Source: an uncultured Nitrospiraceae bacterium | Lineage (GTDB): Bacteria; Nitrospirota; Thermodesulfovibrionia; Thermodesulfovibrionales; SM23-35 | DNA: 64,000 bases | Direction of reading: 5' to 3' | Assembly (NCBI GenBank): GCA_963727775.1 | Contig: CAVSHB010000002.1 | Coordinates: 672,001 to 736,000, forward strand | Part shown: positions 51,258-61,423 of the stretch, piece after piece | Layout of the letters: each line of letters starts with the position of its first letter | How positions within the stretch are numbered: position 1 is the first letter of the stretch | Translations under genes and position numbers: made by a program | The notes under the pieces: generated by a model | What the model saw: only the letters and a program-made list of their open reading frames with translations | Told to the model about the DNA's origin: nothing | The model's database searches: none

Positions 51258-52712
51258 ATGAATAAAATAGAAATACCAAATTCTGAAATAGAAATGAATC
51301 CTCTTTCGACATCGGATGAACTCGGGAGAGTTTTTTCCTGGAGGGGAAGAATATTCAGAGGCATTAATCCAAATCGGGAACTATTGGTAAATGAGATGTT
51401 CTCTTGCGGTATGCTTGATGAGCTTATCGAAAAAGGCTTTATCCCTAAGATCTGGATAACTGATTTCAAAACTGAGGACTATTCGATTGTGTTGGAGCAT
51501 GAGAAAGTTAACTTCGTTACTTATCCTCAGGAATGGAGCTTCTCGATGTTAAAAGATGCGACAATTCTTGTTCTAAAATTGAATAAGCTTACTAGCAAAT
51601 ATGGCTTTCAGACCAAGGACTGCCATGGTTATAACATTGTTTTTAATGGTTCAAGCCCGGTTTATGTAGATATCGGAAGTTTCGTTAGAGTCGGCAAAGA
51701 TTTAGAGAATTTTTCATATGGTTCTTCATACAATGAGTTTATGCAATTTTATTATTACCCTTTAAAAATTTGGAGTGACGGCAACTCTTATTTTGCAAAT
51801 GCAGTGATATATTACAGCAATATTTCTTTAATGGGCACGGATAGTTATTTAGCGTATAAATACGCTTTTATAAGATTCCCTGGCAAAAACCTCATTAAGA
51901 TTGTTAGGAGAATAGCGAACTTATGGGCACTTTATAAAATGGTTTTTGTAGCAGATGATAATCAAATATTAGGAAAATTGCCAACGCTTGGGAAAATAAT
52001 TATTTTCCTGAAAAAACATTATTTACTCCCATTCAATTTAACAAACTTTGAAAATCTTATAAAGAAGGTGGAAAAAATCAGCGCTCCTGAATTTGAATCA
52101 GCATGGAAAGATTACCAGAATGGATTGTGCCGAGAGAACAATGATCTTGTAGTAACGCCAAGATTCCAAAGGATAATTGACATCATTAAATGTTTCGATA
52201 TCGAAAGCATCACCGAATTGGCCGGTAATCAAGGAATTTTATCAGGTTTGATTGAACAGAATGCGAATGTCAAGAGAATTTTTTGCAGTGATTATGATCA
52301 CAATGCCGTTGAGAAAATGTATAACCGGCTGAAAAAAACCGATTCAACCATAACGCCCGGTATTCTAAATTTCGTTTATCCCCACGCTCATCTCGGTAAA
52401 ATTTCTGCTTTCGAAAGGTTCCGAGCAGATGCTGTGGTTGCTACTGCCATAACACATCATCTGCTTTTAACAGAGAAGATCAATATCGATTATATGATGG
52501 AGATTATGTCGCGATATACAAATAAGTATATCTTAATTGAATTCATGCCTTTAGGTCTTTGGGACCATGCTAAGCTCTGGGCTCCGCCGGTTCCTGATTG
52601 GTATAATGAAGAGACTTTCAAAAAATATTTTGAAAAATATTTCAGCGTCGCTTTGAAAGAACAATTGGAAAGTAATCGACTTTTGTTTGTAGGCATAAAA
52701 AAGAGAGCATGA
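51258..52712 (+). CDS. NoeA-like protein (kinase-like N-terminus plus SAM methyltransferase-like domain)
   Basis: FVTYPQEWSFSMLKDA, ELAGNQG, AITHHL, LIEF; AT-rich. Confidence 0.7.
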   Translation: MNKIEIPNSEIEMNPLSTSDELGRVFSWRGRIFRGINPNRELLVNEMFSCGMLDELIEKGFIPKIWITDFKTEDYSIVLEHEKVNFVTYPQEWSFSMLKDATILVLKLNKLTSKYGFQTKDCHGYNIVFNGSSPVYVDIGSFVRVGKDLENFSYGSSYNEFMQFYYYPLKIWSDGNSYFANAVIYYSNISLMGTDSYLAYKYAFIRFPGKNLIKIVRRIANLWALYKMVFVADDNQILGKLPTLGKIIIFLKKHYLLPFNLTNFENLIKKVEKISAPEFESAWKDYQNGLCRENNDLVVTPRFQRIIDIIKCFDIESITELAGNQGILSGLIEQNANVKRIFCSDYDHNAVEKMYNRLKKTDSTITPGILNFVYPHAHLGKISAFERFRADAVVATAITHHLLLTEKINIDYMMEIMSRYTNKYILIEFMPLGLWDHAKLWAPPVPDWYNEETFKKYFEKYFSVALKEQLESNRLLFVGIKKRA

Positions 52713-52820
52713 ATAGTTGTTACAATAGCTTAATAAGATTGAAGGGGTTGACAGGGAAGTTTTCACATAAACCACATGAAGGAGATTTTACAGGCCCTCG
52801 GCGCGGGCTGAGTGCAAGCC

Positions 52821-53288
52821 TTACTCGATAACCCAGACGGCGCAGTCCTTTGCGGTATGGAGGATCTTGTTTGAGGTGCTTCCGAAAAGGAATTCCTCTT
52901 TTTTCGAAATGCCCCGGCGACCGATGACCACGGTGCCGCAGGCGAATTTCTCCTGCTCATGGAGAATACATCCCGCTATCGAGGTGCACTCTTTCATCAC
53001 GACATGCGTCTTTATGTTTTCATCCCTGAATCCTGCTTCCATGAGCAATCTGCGGTATCCTTCGAGAATGCCCCTGGCCGAGTCATTCTTGTCTTTAATC
53101 CATACGGTCCGCTCGTTTTCAGACAGAAAATAATCTTCCGACGGTTCGGGGATGATCGTGACGAGAGTGATATGAAAGCCTGAATGACCGGTGAGAAGGT
53201 CCCTGACATACGACACTGCCCGAGATGTATTCTCGGATTCGTCGACCGCGATAAGGATATTTTTGTTATTTGTTATCTTTGGATCCAT
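52821..53288 (-). CDS. Universal stress protein, single domain
   Basis: ILIAVDES, VVIGRRG, FGSTSNKIL. Confidence 0.9.
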   Translation of the reverse strand: MDPKITNNKNILIAVDESENTSRAVSYVRDLLTGHSGFHITLVTIIPEPSEDYFLSENERTVWIKDKNDSARGILEGYRRLLMEAGFRDENIKTHVVMKECTSIAGCILHEQEKFACGTVVIGRRGISKKEEFLFGSTSNKILHTAKDCAVWVIE

Positions 53289-53308
53289 AAATTCACCCCT
53301 CGTTTTGG

Positions 53309-54307
53309 TTAAGCATTTTTAAGCTTGCACCTCATTGCCCGCAGATCATGAAGAAACTGGTCCGTATTGTCATAGAATATATTGGCGGTCACGGAGAAAT
53401 GGAGAAGGACATGATTGAGTTCATCGGGCACATAGGGATACACTTTCTGCAGGTTTATTACCCTATTGTTGAAAATAATATTCATGTCGCACGTCGCTAA
53501 CCGGTCAAGCGCGGGAGAGTTTGATTGCTGCAGCTGCTGGGTCGTGACGTCCCCGCGTCCTGTAAGGTATGCAAGGATATTCCCCAGGCCGAAAAGGTCA
53601 TAACCGAACATATTTTCCCCGTGCATGTAATTAAAGTCGAAATCAATCCAGCGGCTGTTTCCCGTTCCATCTTCTTTTATGATATGGTCCCGCCTGACAT
53701 CCCCATGTTTTTCCCCCTGTTGATGGAGAAAACGTATTGCTTCCACCAATTCAATGTATTCATCGAAAACCGAAGGGAAATAATTATAAAAATAATCTTC
53801 ATGGTTTGTGCCGAGTGTCAGTACAGCGTCAGCTAATGTCTTCCCCTTAATGTAGTCGACAATCCTTATAACATTGCCCGCAAAGTCTTTCAAAGAAAAC
53901 CCCTGCATAAAGCGGGGATGCTCCTTTGTGAGATCGAGGATTCTTGCCTCTTTTTTCGCGCTCCGGAAACAGTCGAAAACGATCCCTCCTACCGTGGCCT
54001 GAAAGCGCTCATGGAAGACGAGTTTGATAATCTTGACACTGCCGTCGGAAAGGTCCCGCGCGCGTTTGACCCAGTACTTCTGCTGCTCATCGATCCCGAA
54101 ACGGCCTTCACGCTCATTGTTTCGCACCAGATAAGGTTTGCCGCCGAGAATGACAACATCATCATAATCAACCCTGAAGAAATCCGTTGTGTCTGTTATG
54201 ACGTTCAACTGTTTCGGCACCCGGTCGGGACCGAGCCAGCGCGCGATCTTCTCCTTCAGTTCATCGCGGCTGAAATGTACGGCTTCTGTTTGAACCATTC
54301 CCTGCAT
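53309..54307 (-). CDS. Ser/Thr protein kinase-like protein
   Basis: IIKLVF, KEARIL, HGDVRRDHI, WIDFD, DLFGLG. Confidence 0.8.
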   Translation of the reverse strand: MQGMVQTEAVHFSRDELKEKIARWLGPDRVPKQLNVITDTTDFFRVDYDDVVILGGKPYLVRNNEREGRFGIDEQQKYWVKRARDLSDGSVKIIKLVFHERFQATVGGIVFDCFRSAKKEARILDLTKEHPRFMQGFSLKDFAGNVIRIVDYIKGKTLADAVLTLGTNHEDYFYNYFPSVFDEYIELVEAIRFLHQQGEKHGDVRRDHIIKEDGTGNSRWIDFDFNYMHGENMFGYDLFGLGNILAYLTGRGDVTTQQLQQSNSPALDRLATCDMNIIFNNRVINLQKVYPYVPDELNHVLLHFSVTANIFYDNTDQFLHDLRAMRCKLKNA

Positions 54308-54351
54308 AATACCTTTCTTTTACCACATTACTTATGATCTTATCAATATAA

Positions 54352-55524
54352 TCAACTTTCCTGTATATCTAAGTATTTACTCTTCCTGCTGCCCTCGTAC
54401 AAAACATATTCAAGGAGCCTGCATTCTATCGCGCTGTTAAAAAATTGGATCCTTCTTTTTGCCCTTAACCCCACTTTCTTAGCCAGGCCGGGGTTTCCCG
54501 TGAAGATATACCCGGTATATCCCATGCACTTCTGCTTGAAGAAATCGCCGATCCACTTATACAAACTCTCAAGCTCTGTTATCTTACCCATTCGCTCTCC
54601 GTATTCGGGGTTAAGTATTACTGTCCCACCGCCGTCTGGAATTGCAGTTTCTGAAAAATCACAAATGCCGAATTCGATCAGATGCTCAACACCGGCGGTA
54701 GCGGCATTCTTCCTTGCAGCCTCAACCGCCATCGTCCTGATATCTGTAGCGATGATCTTAAAATCCAATGTTTTTCTTGCCTCTGTTTTTGCCTTTGCAC
54801 GCAGATCGTCCCACAGTGATTTATTAAACCCCTTTATGTGCATGAACCCGTAATTATTTCGTAAAAGACCGGGCGGCTTATTAAGAGCAATTAATGCCGC
54901 TTCAATGGCAAGGGTCCCGCTCCCGCACATCGGATTGATGAAATGTCCGCTGCCGTTCCATCCGGACGCCATGATAACTGCGGCGGCAAGCGTCTCCTGC
55001 ATCGGCGCTGTCATGGGTATCTTTCTGTATCCGCGCCTGGAGAGGGGTTCGCCGGATGTATCGAAATACAGGGAGCAATTATCTCCTTTCCAGTACAGGT
55101 TTATTACGGTCCTGTCTTGATCGGGACCGGAATCAGGGCGCTGCCCGCGCTTTTCCTTGATCCTGTCGACAACGGCATCCTTGACCTTTACATTCGCATA
55201 GCGTGAGTCCCTGATACCCGGATTATCCACACTCGATGTTACACAGATATACCCGTCCTCGGCTATATAATCCTCCCACGCTATCTTAGACACCTCCCTA
55301 TAGAGGGCTTCAGCGTCACCCGCAGTGAATTCCTTAATGAGAAAAAGGACGCGCTGTCCAGTCCGGAGAAGAAGATTAAGACGGAGAGTGTCGTTCATCG
55401 TCCCCCCGGTTGCAATGCCCGCAACGGTTTCATCGAGCACGGGAAATCCCAGTAGAAGGAGCTCTTCCTTTAAAAAAGGCGCTATCCCCTTTGCGCAAGT
55501 GATCAGAATCCTGCTTTTCCCCAT
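54352..55524 (-). CDS. THUMP-domain RNA methyltransferase (RlmL-like)
   Basis: DTSGEPLSRRGYR, NPMCGSGT, NPEYGER. Confidence 0.92.
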   Translation of the reverse strand: MGKSRILITCAKGIAPFLKEELLLLGFPVLDETVAGIATGGTMNDTLRLNLLLRTGQRVLFLIKEFTAGDAEALYREVSKIAWEDYIAEDGYICVTSSVDNPGIRDSRYANVKVKDAVVDRIKEKRGQRPDSGPDQDRTVINLYWKGDNCSLYFDTSGEPLSRRGYRKIPMTAPMQETLAAAVIMASGWNGSGHFINPMCGSGTLAIEAALIALNKPPGLLRNNYGFMHIKGFNKSLWDDLRAKAKTEARKTLDFKIIATDIRTMAVEAARKNAATAGVEHLIEFGICDFSETAIPDGGGTVILNPEYGERMGKITELESLYKWIGDFFKQKCMGYTGYIFTGNPGLAKKVGLRAKRRIQFFNSAIECRLLEYVLYEGSRKSKYLDIQES

Positions 55525-55526
55525 GC

Positions 55527-55730
55527 CTATTTTCTTTTTTTGTACGATATATCTTTCCGGGCTGAGACAGTGATGATGAAATTCTCCGGCCGCAGGGCAG
55601 GGTCTTTCTCAAGCTCATCAGCAAAGATGTCGATTGCCTTTCGCATAAAGTCCGAGAAGTGTATGCCCTTCGGCAATGCAAGAATTCTCTGGCGTGTATT
55701 TTCGTCAAGCGGCACAGTATATTTTGCCAT
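55527..55730 (-). CDS. Small hypothetical protein, ribbon-helix-helix-like
   Basis: RBS AAGGAG; KYTVPLDE...FSDFMRKAID; tight operon packing. Confidence 0.65.
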   Translation of the reverse strand: MAKYTVPLDENTRQRILALPKGIHFSDFMRKAIDIFADELEKDPALRPENFIITVSARKDISYKKRK

Positions 55731-55757
55731 CGCTACTCCTTAATGGGATTATTTCTG

Positions 55758-56567
55758 TTATCGTAAGACCAATGAAATTGCTCCGGTACTGCATGTGCCG
55801 CGGCACAATCCACAGCCAAAGCATTTGTGCGGATCAATGCGCGCAATCGAATTGCCGCTTTCCGTGACGCTGCGGATGGCGCTGAATTGGCAGGCTGCGT
55901 CACATAGTCCGCATCCGGTACATAATTCTTCATCGATCCTGCCCACATATTCAGCCCTTGCCATGGTCTCGACATGCACCCGGGTGAGAGTCCGCATGGC
56001 AAGACATTCGTCCGAAGAACAATTGCAGATCGCGCCTATAAAAGGTGTCATCATGGTCCAGATGGTATGGACGGCCCCCTGTTCTTCCATCTTTGCCATC
56101 TGTTTTATTGCTTCTTCCCGGCCTATGGATTCGAGGCCTTCATCCGAAGCTTTGCCGAAATAACTCATATCTATGTTTCTATACCAGGCTTCCGGGCCGT
56201 AGCTGATTGCATAACAGCAGCGCACCTCTTTTTTCTCGGTATTCCAGCGGCAGGCACACGGCATGCGGACAACGGTACTTGCATTCCTCACCAAATCGCT
56301 TATCTCTTCGATCGGCAGCACCTGGCCGAAATGCTCTTCCTTGGCTTTCTTTACCATCGCAATTCTTACGGCATTCGGGATGCGGCCTTTTTTCCTGAAG
56401 ATGGCTTCAAGTCTTCCCAAAGTCCGGAATCCTTCCCCGAAGGCGGAAGACAAAAAGTTTTCGATATAGTTGCGGCGTTTTAAATCGGACAGCAGATCAT
56501 TGGCATAATTAGCGGCATTCTTATACCATTTCTTTCCTTCTCCGTGTTTTGTGCAGAATTCACACAT
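55758..56567 (-). CDS. 4Fe-4S binding protein
   Basis: MCEFC start, PCACR, ICNC, two CxxCxxCxxxC motifs. Confidence 0.88.
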   Translation of the reverse strand: MCEFCTKHGEGKKWYKNAANYANDLLSDLKRRNYIENFLSSAFGEGFRTLGRLEAIFRKKGRIPNAVRIAMVKKAKEEHFGQVLPIEEISDLVRNASTVVRMPCACRWNTEKKEVRCCYAISYGPEAWYRNIDMSYFGKASDEGLESIGREEAIKQMAKMEEQGAVHTIWTMMTPFIGAICNCSSDECLAMRTLTRVHVETMARAEYVGRIDEELCTGCGLCDAACQFSAIRSVTESGNSIARIDPHKCFGCGLCRGTCSTGAISLVLR

Positions 56568-56660
56568 CAGTTCTATTTTACGATTTCCGGCAAAAGCTCT
56601 GCAATCAACCACAAATTTCGGTAGTGTCTCAGTTGAATTTCGGAAAGATGCAACTCGGTA

Positions 56661-56876
56661 TTAGGGTCTTAAATTTGTGAAGGTACGATCTATAACGGCA
56701 TAAGCATTCATAATTAGAGAGCCAGAGTAATAATGATGTGTGTCGGAGCCGCGCGCTTTATCAATGGTCGAAAGTTTTCTGCATTGGAAAAGGATCTTAT
56801 CTCCCGAAATGGCACACCCAGGATCTCTATAGATTTTGTGTCCTTTCTTTTTTATTGAGTCAGTCTTTTTAGCCAA
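56661..56876 (-). CDS. Hypothetical protein, possibly truncated
   Basis: TTG start overlapping the upstream stop by 8 nt; no motif recognised. Confidence 0.3.
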   Translation of the reverse strand: MAKKTDSIKKKGHKIYRDPGCAISGDKILFQCRKLSTIDKARGSDTHHYYSGSLIMNAYAVIDRTFTNLRP

Positions 56877-57309
56877 TTAACCCCTCATGTTCCAATTCAG
56901 AGCAAAGTTCCACAATTAATTTTAGGTCTAATTTGAGATCTCTCACAAGGTCGCTGTATCCAATAGAGTCGCCATGATGTGATTTAAAATATTTCTTAAT
57001 TTCACGTTTTGCGTCGTCCTTTGTTATATCGCGAAAAACTATTAATTCCTCTCGTTGAAGAGGCGTTAAATTTTTCATTTCTAAGGCTATAACCTGTAAC
57101 TGTTCCTTTATTTCTTTTAATAATGATATTGCTTCTCTACTGTCCCCTTTTTCGCTCAAGGCTCTTTTAACCGATTCGTCTATCATCATGCGCAGAGAAG
57201 GATCATTTATTGGGACATGATCTTCTGCCATCCAAGCAAGAACTCCTCGTGTTTTGCGTATTCCGAGCGTTCCTTTCAGTTGCGGCACATATCCGACAAT
57301 TTCGCTCAT
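56869..57309 (-). CDS. Hypothetical protein with C-terminal winged-helix-like segment
   Basis: ATGA overlap with the upstream gene; EIKKYF..IGYSDLVRDLKLDLKLIVELCSELEHEGLI. Confidence 0.7.
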   Translation of the reverse strand: MSEIVGYVPQLKGTLGIRKTRGVLAWMAEDHVPINDPSLRMMIDESVKRALSEKGDSREAISLLKEIKEQLQVIALEMKNLTPLQREELIVFRDITKDDAKREIKKYFKSHHGDSIGYSDLVRDLKLDLKLIVELCSELEHEGLIG

Positions 57310-57935
57310 TCGAGTCCCCGTTTGGAAATGCTTACAGCTTCATCGAGAATTAACTGCGGCAAGTCTTCCGACACATTGCCAGCATAGGAAAAATAAACAG
57401 TGTGGAAAATAGATTTATTAGAGGGACGATCAATTGTTAAAGTATATAAATTCTTTCCATCAGCTAACTTTACCAATCTTACTCCTCGTACCTCATCAAA
57501 ATCATCTTGGGCCAGCTTAATTGGCAAAAGCATACGGCTTTTAAATTTTCCTCCAGCATATCTGAAGTTTGCAGTAACTTCAAAGGTCATCTTATTTGGT
57601 AGAGCTGTAAGACATTTCAGCATATCATCTACTGGCAATAATTTAGAATCGCCAGAAAGTTTTGCGAGAATGTGATCCGTATAATAAAAATAGACTTGGC
57701 ATTCCTTAGCATTAATCTTTTCTACAAGTGCACGAGCACTACATTTCTCTTTTTTTACCACATAATCGCTACCGAACTCGACAAAGTCATTGGTCTTTAC
57801 TATCTTTTGTTTTGGATAGCATTGTTTTAAGGCAGATAATATTGGCTTACTTATTGGCAGAGTCCCGTTTATTTCAAGACTTGTGGCATTATATTTCGAT
57901 AAATTAATTTCCATAATAGACAGAACCCGCGCCAA
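57306..57935 (-). CDS. Hypothetical protein, AT-rich
   Basis: 209-aa ORF translationally coupled to the next gene. Confidence 0.65.
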   Translation of the reverse strand: MARVLSIMEINLSKYNATSLEINGTLPISKPILSALKQCYPKQKIVKTNDFVEFGSDYVVKKEKCSARALVEKINAKECQVYFYYTDHILAKLSGDSKLLPVDDMLKCLTALPNKMTFEVTANFRYAGGKFKSRMLLPIKLAQDDFDEVRGVRLVKLADGKNLYTLTIDRPSNKSIFHTVYFSYAGNVSEDLPQLILDEAVSISKRGLE

Positions 57936-58035
57936 ACCTTTGCATCAAGTGCCTGATCATATTATATTATATTATTAGAATTCTGCAAGGGTAATCTGTC
58001 GCGAATCTTCAAGGTTTTTACAACCATATGCGCGC

Positions 58036-59721
58036 TCACCCCCTGGTTAAGTGTCTGTACTTGATGCGGTGCGGCTGGTCTGCTGCTGCGCCGAGACGGA
58101 TTTTCCTATCCATTTCGTATTCGGAATAATTTCCGTCGAACCAAACTACTTTGCTGTCTCCCTCGAAGGCGAGCATGTGAGTAGCGATACGGTCGAGGAA
58201 CCACCGGTCATGGCTTATGACAACGGCGCAGCCCGCGAAATTCTCCAAGGCCTCTTCCAGCGCACGCATGGTGTTTACATCCAGATCGTTGGTAGGTTCG
58301 TCGAGCAGAAGGACATTGGCCTCTTCCTTCAGCATGCGGGCGAGGTGCACGCGGTTCCTTTCTCCGCCGGAAAGCATGGAAACTTTTTTCTGCTGGTCGG
58401 ACCCCGAGAAATTAAAGCGCGCAACATATGCACGCGAGTTGAGCTGCTTCTTGCCGAGTTGAATGGAATCATTCCCGCCGGAGATGATCTCCCATATGGT
58501 TTTGTTCGGGTCAAGCACATCGCGGCTTTGATCGACATATGCAAGCTTTACGGTCTCTCCTGTCCTGAAGTCGCCTGAATCGGGCTTTTCCTGTCCGGTG
58601 ATCATCCGGAAAAGGGTCGTCTTCCCCGCCCCGTTCGGTCCGATGACGCCTATAATTCCACCGGGAGGAAGGGAGAATGTCATCCCTTCCATAAGGATAT
58701 TATCGCCGTACGCCTTACTCACGTTATCGGCTTCAATGACGACATTGCCCAAACGGGGTCCGGGGGGGATATAGATTTCAAACTCTTTTGAGCTTTTTTC
58801 AATATCCTGACCGAGCAAAGCCTCGTAAGAATTGATGCGCGCTTTTGCTTTTGCGTGGCGTCCCTTGGGAGACATCTGTATCCACTCAAGCTCCCGCTGA
58901 AGTGTCTTCTGCCTGTCGCTTTCTGTCTTCTCTTCCTGCTGCAGCCGGTTTTTCTTCTGCTCCAGCCAGGAAGAGTAATTACCTTTCCATGGAATTCCCT
59001 GACCCCTGTCAAGCTCCAGGATCCACCCGGCGACATTATCAAGGAAATAGCGGTCATGCGTCACTGCAATGACTGTTCCGGCATAGCTCTGCAGATGGTG
59101 TTCAAGCCAGGCCACTGTCTCGGCATCAAGATGGTTGGTAGGTTCGTCGAGGAGCAGGATGTCCGGCTTCTGTAAGAGAAGCCTGCAAAGGGCAACACGG
59201 CGCTTCTCCCCTCCGGAGAGGACCTTAACCGGGGTATCCGCAGCCGGACAGCGCAGGGCATCCATTGCCATTTCCAGACGCGAATCCAACTCCCATGCAT
59301 CCAGAGCGTCCAGCTTTTCCTGCACCTTGCCCTGACGTTCGATAAGCTTGTTCATCTCATCGTCCGACATCGGTTCTGTAAATTTTTCATTGATAAGGTT
59401 GTATTCGTGCAAAGCATCAACTGTTTCTTTTACCCCTTCTTCAACAATCTGCCTCACTGTTTTGCTGTTGTCCAGTTCCGGCTCCTGCTCGAGAAAACCC
59501 ACGGTGTGACCAGGGGAGAGTACTGTTTCGCCATTGAACTCTTTGTCCTTTCCCGCGAGGATATGGAGGAGGGAGCTTTTCCCGGACCCATTGAGACCGA
59601 TGACGCCAATCTTCGCGCCGTAAAAATAGGAGAGATAGATGTCTTTCAAAACCGGCTTCTTATCATAATATTTGCTTACCCCTATCATGGAGTAAATAAC
59701 CTTATTCGGTTCATTGCTCAT
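58036..59721 (-). CDS. ettA: Energy-dependent translational throttle protein EttA (ABC-F)
   Basis: GAKIGVIGLNGSGKS, LSGGEKRRVALCRLL, PHRIKYR. Confidence 0.96.
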   Translation of the reverse strand: MSNEPNKVIYSMIGVSKYYDKKPVLKDIYLSYFYGAKIGVIGLNGSGKSSLLHILAGKDKEFNGETVLSPGHTVGFLEQEPELDNSKTVRQIVEEGVKETVDALHEYNLINEKFTEPMSDDEMNKLIERQGKVQEKLDALDAWELDSRLEMAMDALRCPAADTPVKVLSGGEKRRVALCRLLLQKPDILLLDEPTNHLDAETVAWLEHHLQSYAGTVIAVTHDRYFLDNVAGWILELDRGQGIPWKGNYSSWLEQKKNRLQQEEKTESDRQKTLQRELEWIQMSPKGRHAKAKARINSYEALLGQDIEKSSKEFEIYIPPGPRLGNVVIEADNVSKAYGDNILMEGMTFSLPPGGIIGVIGPNGAGKTTLFRMITGQEKPDSGDFRTGETVKLAYVDQSRDVLDPNKTIWEIISGGNDSIQLGKKQLNSRAYVARFNFSGSDQQKKVSMLSGGERNRVHLARMLKEEANVLLLDEPTNDLDVNTMRALEEALENFAGCAVVISHDRWFLDRIATHMLAFEGDSKVVWFDGNYSEYEMDRKIRLGAAADQPHRIKYRHLTRG

Positions 59722-59831
59722 TTTATTTCAAATCCTTTCTTTATTGTCCGCTGATATAATGTCGGTCGGCAGCGCATTACCTTCGCCCCTATAATAGTTA
59801 AGTTAACGGGAAATATATGACTTGACTGCTT

Positions 59832-60773
59832 CTAAAAAATAAGATTCTTTGTCCTCAGGATTTCCTTTGTATGTTCGATATCGTCTTTGATCTGTTTCCC
59901 GAGGCTGTCCGCATCCGGGAATGTGCGTTCCCCCCTTATCCTGTCTATGAAATATATCCTTATGTTTTCGCCCAAAAGATCACCTGAAAAATCGAACAGA
60001 TGCACTTCATAGCTCACAGCCTGATTGCCGAAGGTCGGGTTCTTGCCGATATTGGCGACTCCATCATAGATAGTCTCCCTAATTCCTACCCTAACGGCAT
60101 ACACGCCTTCCTTCGGAGCGATTTCAACGGGGGTTGTAATATTTGCCGTCGGGATATGCAAAATGCTTTGGCCTCTGCCTTTGCCTTTTATCACACTCCC
60201 CTCTATTGAGTACGCCCTTCCGAGGAAGTATGACGCCTCATGCACAGAGCCTTTTATAAGAAGGCTCCTGACCGTGCTGCTGCTGACGACATGGCCGTGG
60301 ACCTCGGCATTCCCGACCGCTTTGACCCCGAAGCCGTACTTTTCCCCGCGTCTTCTCAGTAGGTCGATCGAGCCCTTCTTGTTTTTTCCAAAGGCGTAAT
60401 TGACGCCGACGATTATATCCTTTACCTTCAGTTTTTCCACGAGTATCTTCTCTATAAAATCCTCGGGGAGCATGCCTGAAAAATCTTTCGTAAAGTTCAC
60501 ACAGAGTAAAACGTCGATCCCCATTGCTTCTATCAGTCTTGCCCTTTCATCGGATGTTGTGAGCAGTTTAAGATTTCTTTCCGGTGCGAGCACTTTCATA
60601 GGGTGTGGCTCAAACGTCATGACCATTGAAGTGCCGTTGATCTCTCCGGCCTTCTTCAGCACCAGCGAGAGTATTTTTTGGTGCCCGAGATGCACTCCGT
60701 CATAATTGCCTATTGTGAGGACCGTCTTGGGATAATTAGTTTTTAAGGATTCGAGACCTCTGATTATTTCCAT
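59832..60773 (-). CDS. ribF: Bifunctional riboflavin kinase/FAD synthetase
   Basis: IGNYDGVHLGH, PTANI, NIGKNPTF, EVHLFDF. Confidence 0.96.
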   Translation of the reverse strand: MEIIRGLESLKTNYPKTVLTIGNYDGVHLGHQKILSLVLKKAGEINGTSMVMTFEPHPMKVLAPERNLKLLTTSDERARLIEAMGIDVLLCVNFTKDFSGMLPEDFIEKILVEKLKVKDIIVGVNYAFGKNKKGSIDLLRRRGEKYGFGVKAVGNAEVHGHVVSSSTVRSLLIKGSVHEASYFLGRAYSIEGSVIKGKGRGQSILHIPTANITTPVEIAPKEGVYAVRVGIRETIYDGVANIGKNPTFGNQAVSYEVHLFDFSGDLLGENIRIYFIDRIRGERTFPDADSLGKQIKDDIEHTKEILRTKNLIF

Positions 60774-61363
60774 GTCCTGCCTCTATAAAGTTCGCCGTAT
60801 ATTTTTTCTGCCTGTGCCTGTGTCTCTTCAATCGTGCCGTTATTATCTATTGCAAAATCGGACCGTTTGATTTTCTCCTTAACCGGGATTTGGGACCTGA
60901 GCCTCAAGGTTGCTTCTTCCCTGCCGACCCCCACCTTCGACAGGCGGTTGAGCGCCGTTTCCTCTGTCGTATATATAGTAATAGTCCTGTCAAACCTGTC
61001 CTCATATCCGCGTTCATAAATCAGGGGTATCTCGACTATTATAATCTTTTCCTTGCCGCTCAGTTTTTTTAATAAAAGATTTATCCTGCCGAAAACGAGC
61101 GGATGGATTATGTCTTCAAGTGCGTGTCTCAGTGCATCGTTTTTGAAAACTATGTCTGCGACCAGCTTTTTGTTTAAGCTACCGTTTTCATATAATACAC
61201 CATCGCCGAGAAGTCCTTTTATCTTATCGAGTACGTCCTTTTCGGTAACCAACGAAGCGACAATCTTATCCGCATCAAGGACCGATGCGCCAAGCTTTTC
61301 GAACATTGAAAGCACGGCGCTTTTACCCATCCCGTAATTACCTGTTAAACCGACCAAAAGCAT
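60764..61363 (-). CDS. coaE: Dephospho-CoA kinase
   Basis: VGLTGNYGMGKS, DAD, IIHPLV, EIPLIYE. Confidence 0.95.
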   Translation of the reverse strand: MLLVGLTGNYGMGKSAVLSMFEKLGASVLDADKIVASLVTEKDVLDKIKGLLGDGVLYENGSLNKKLVADIVFKNDALRHALEDIIHPLVFGRINLLLKKLSGKEKIIIVEIPLIYERGYEDRFDRTITIYTTEETALNRLSKVGVGREEATLRLRSQIPVKEKIKRSDFAIDNNGTIEETQAQAEKIYGELYRGRTWK

Positions 61364-61423
61364 AAGCAGTATTATAACAATTTGTTCCCGCCAATATTTT
61401 TGGCGCGGAAAGGGGGTGCTATA

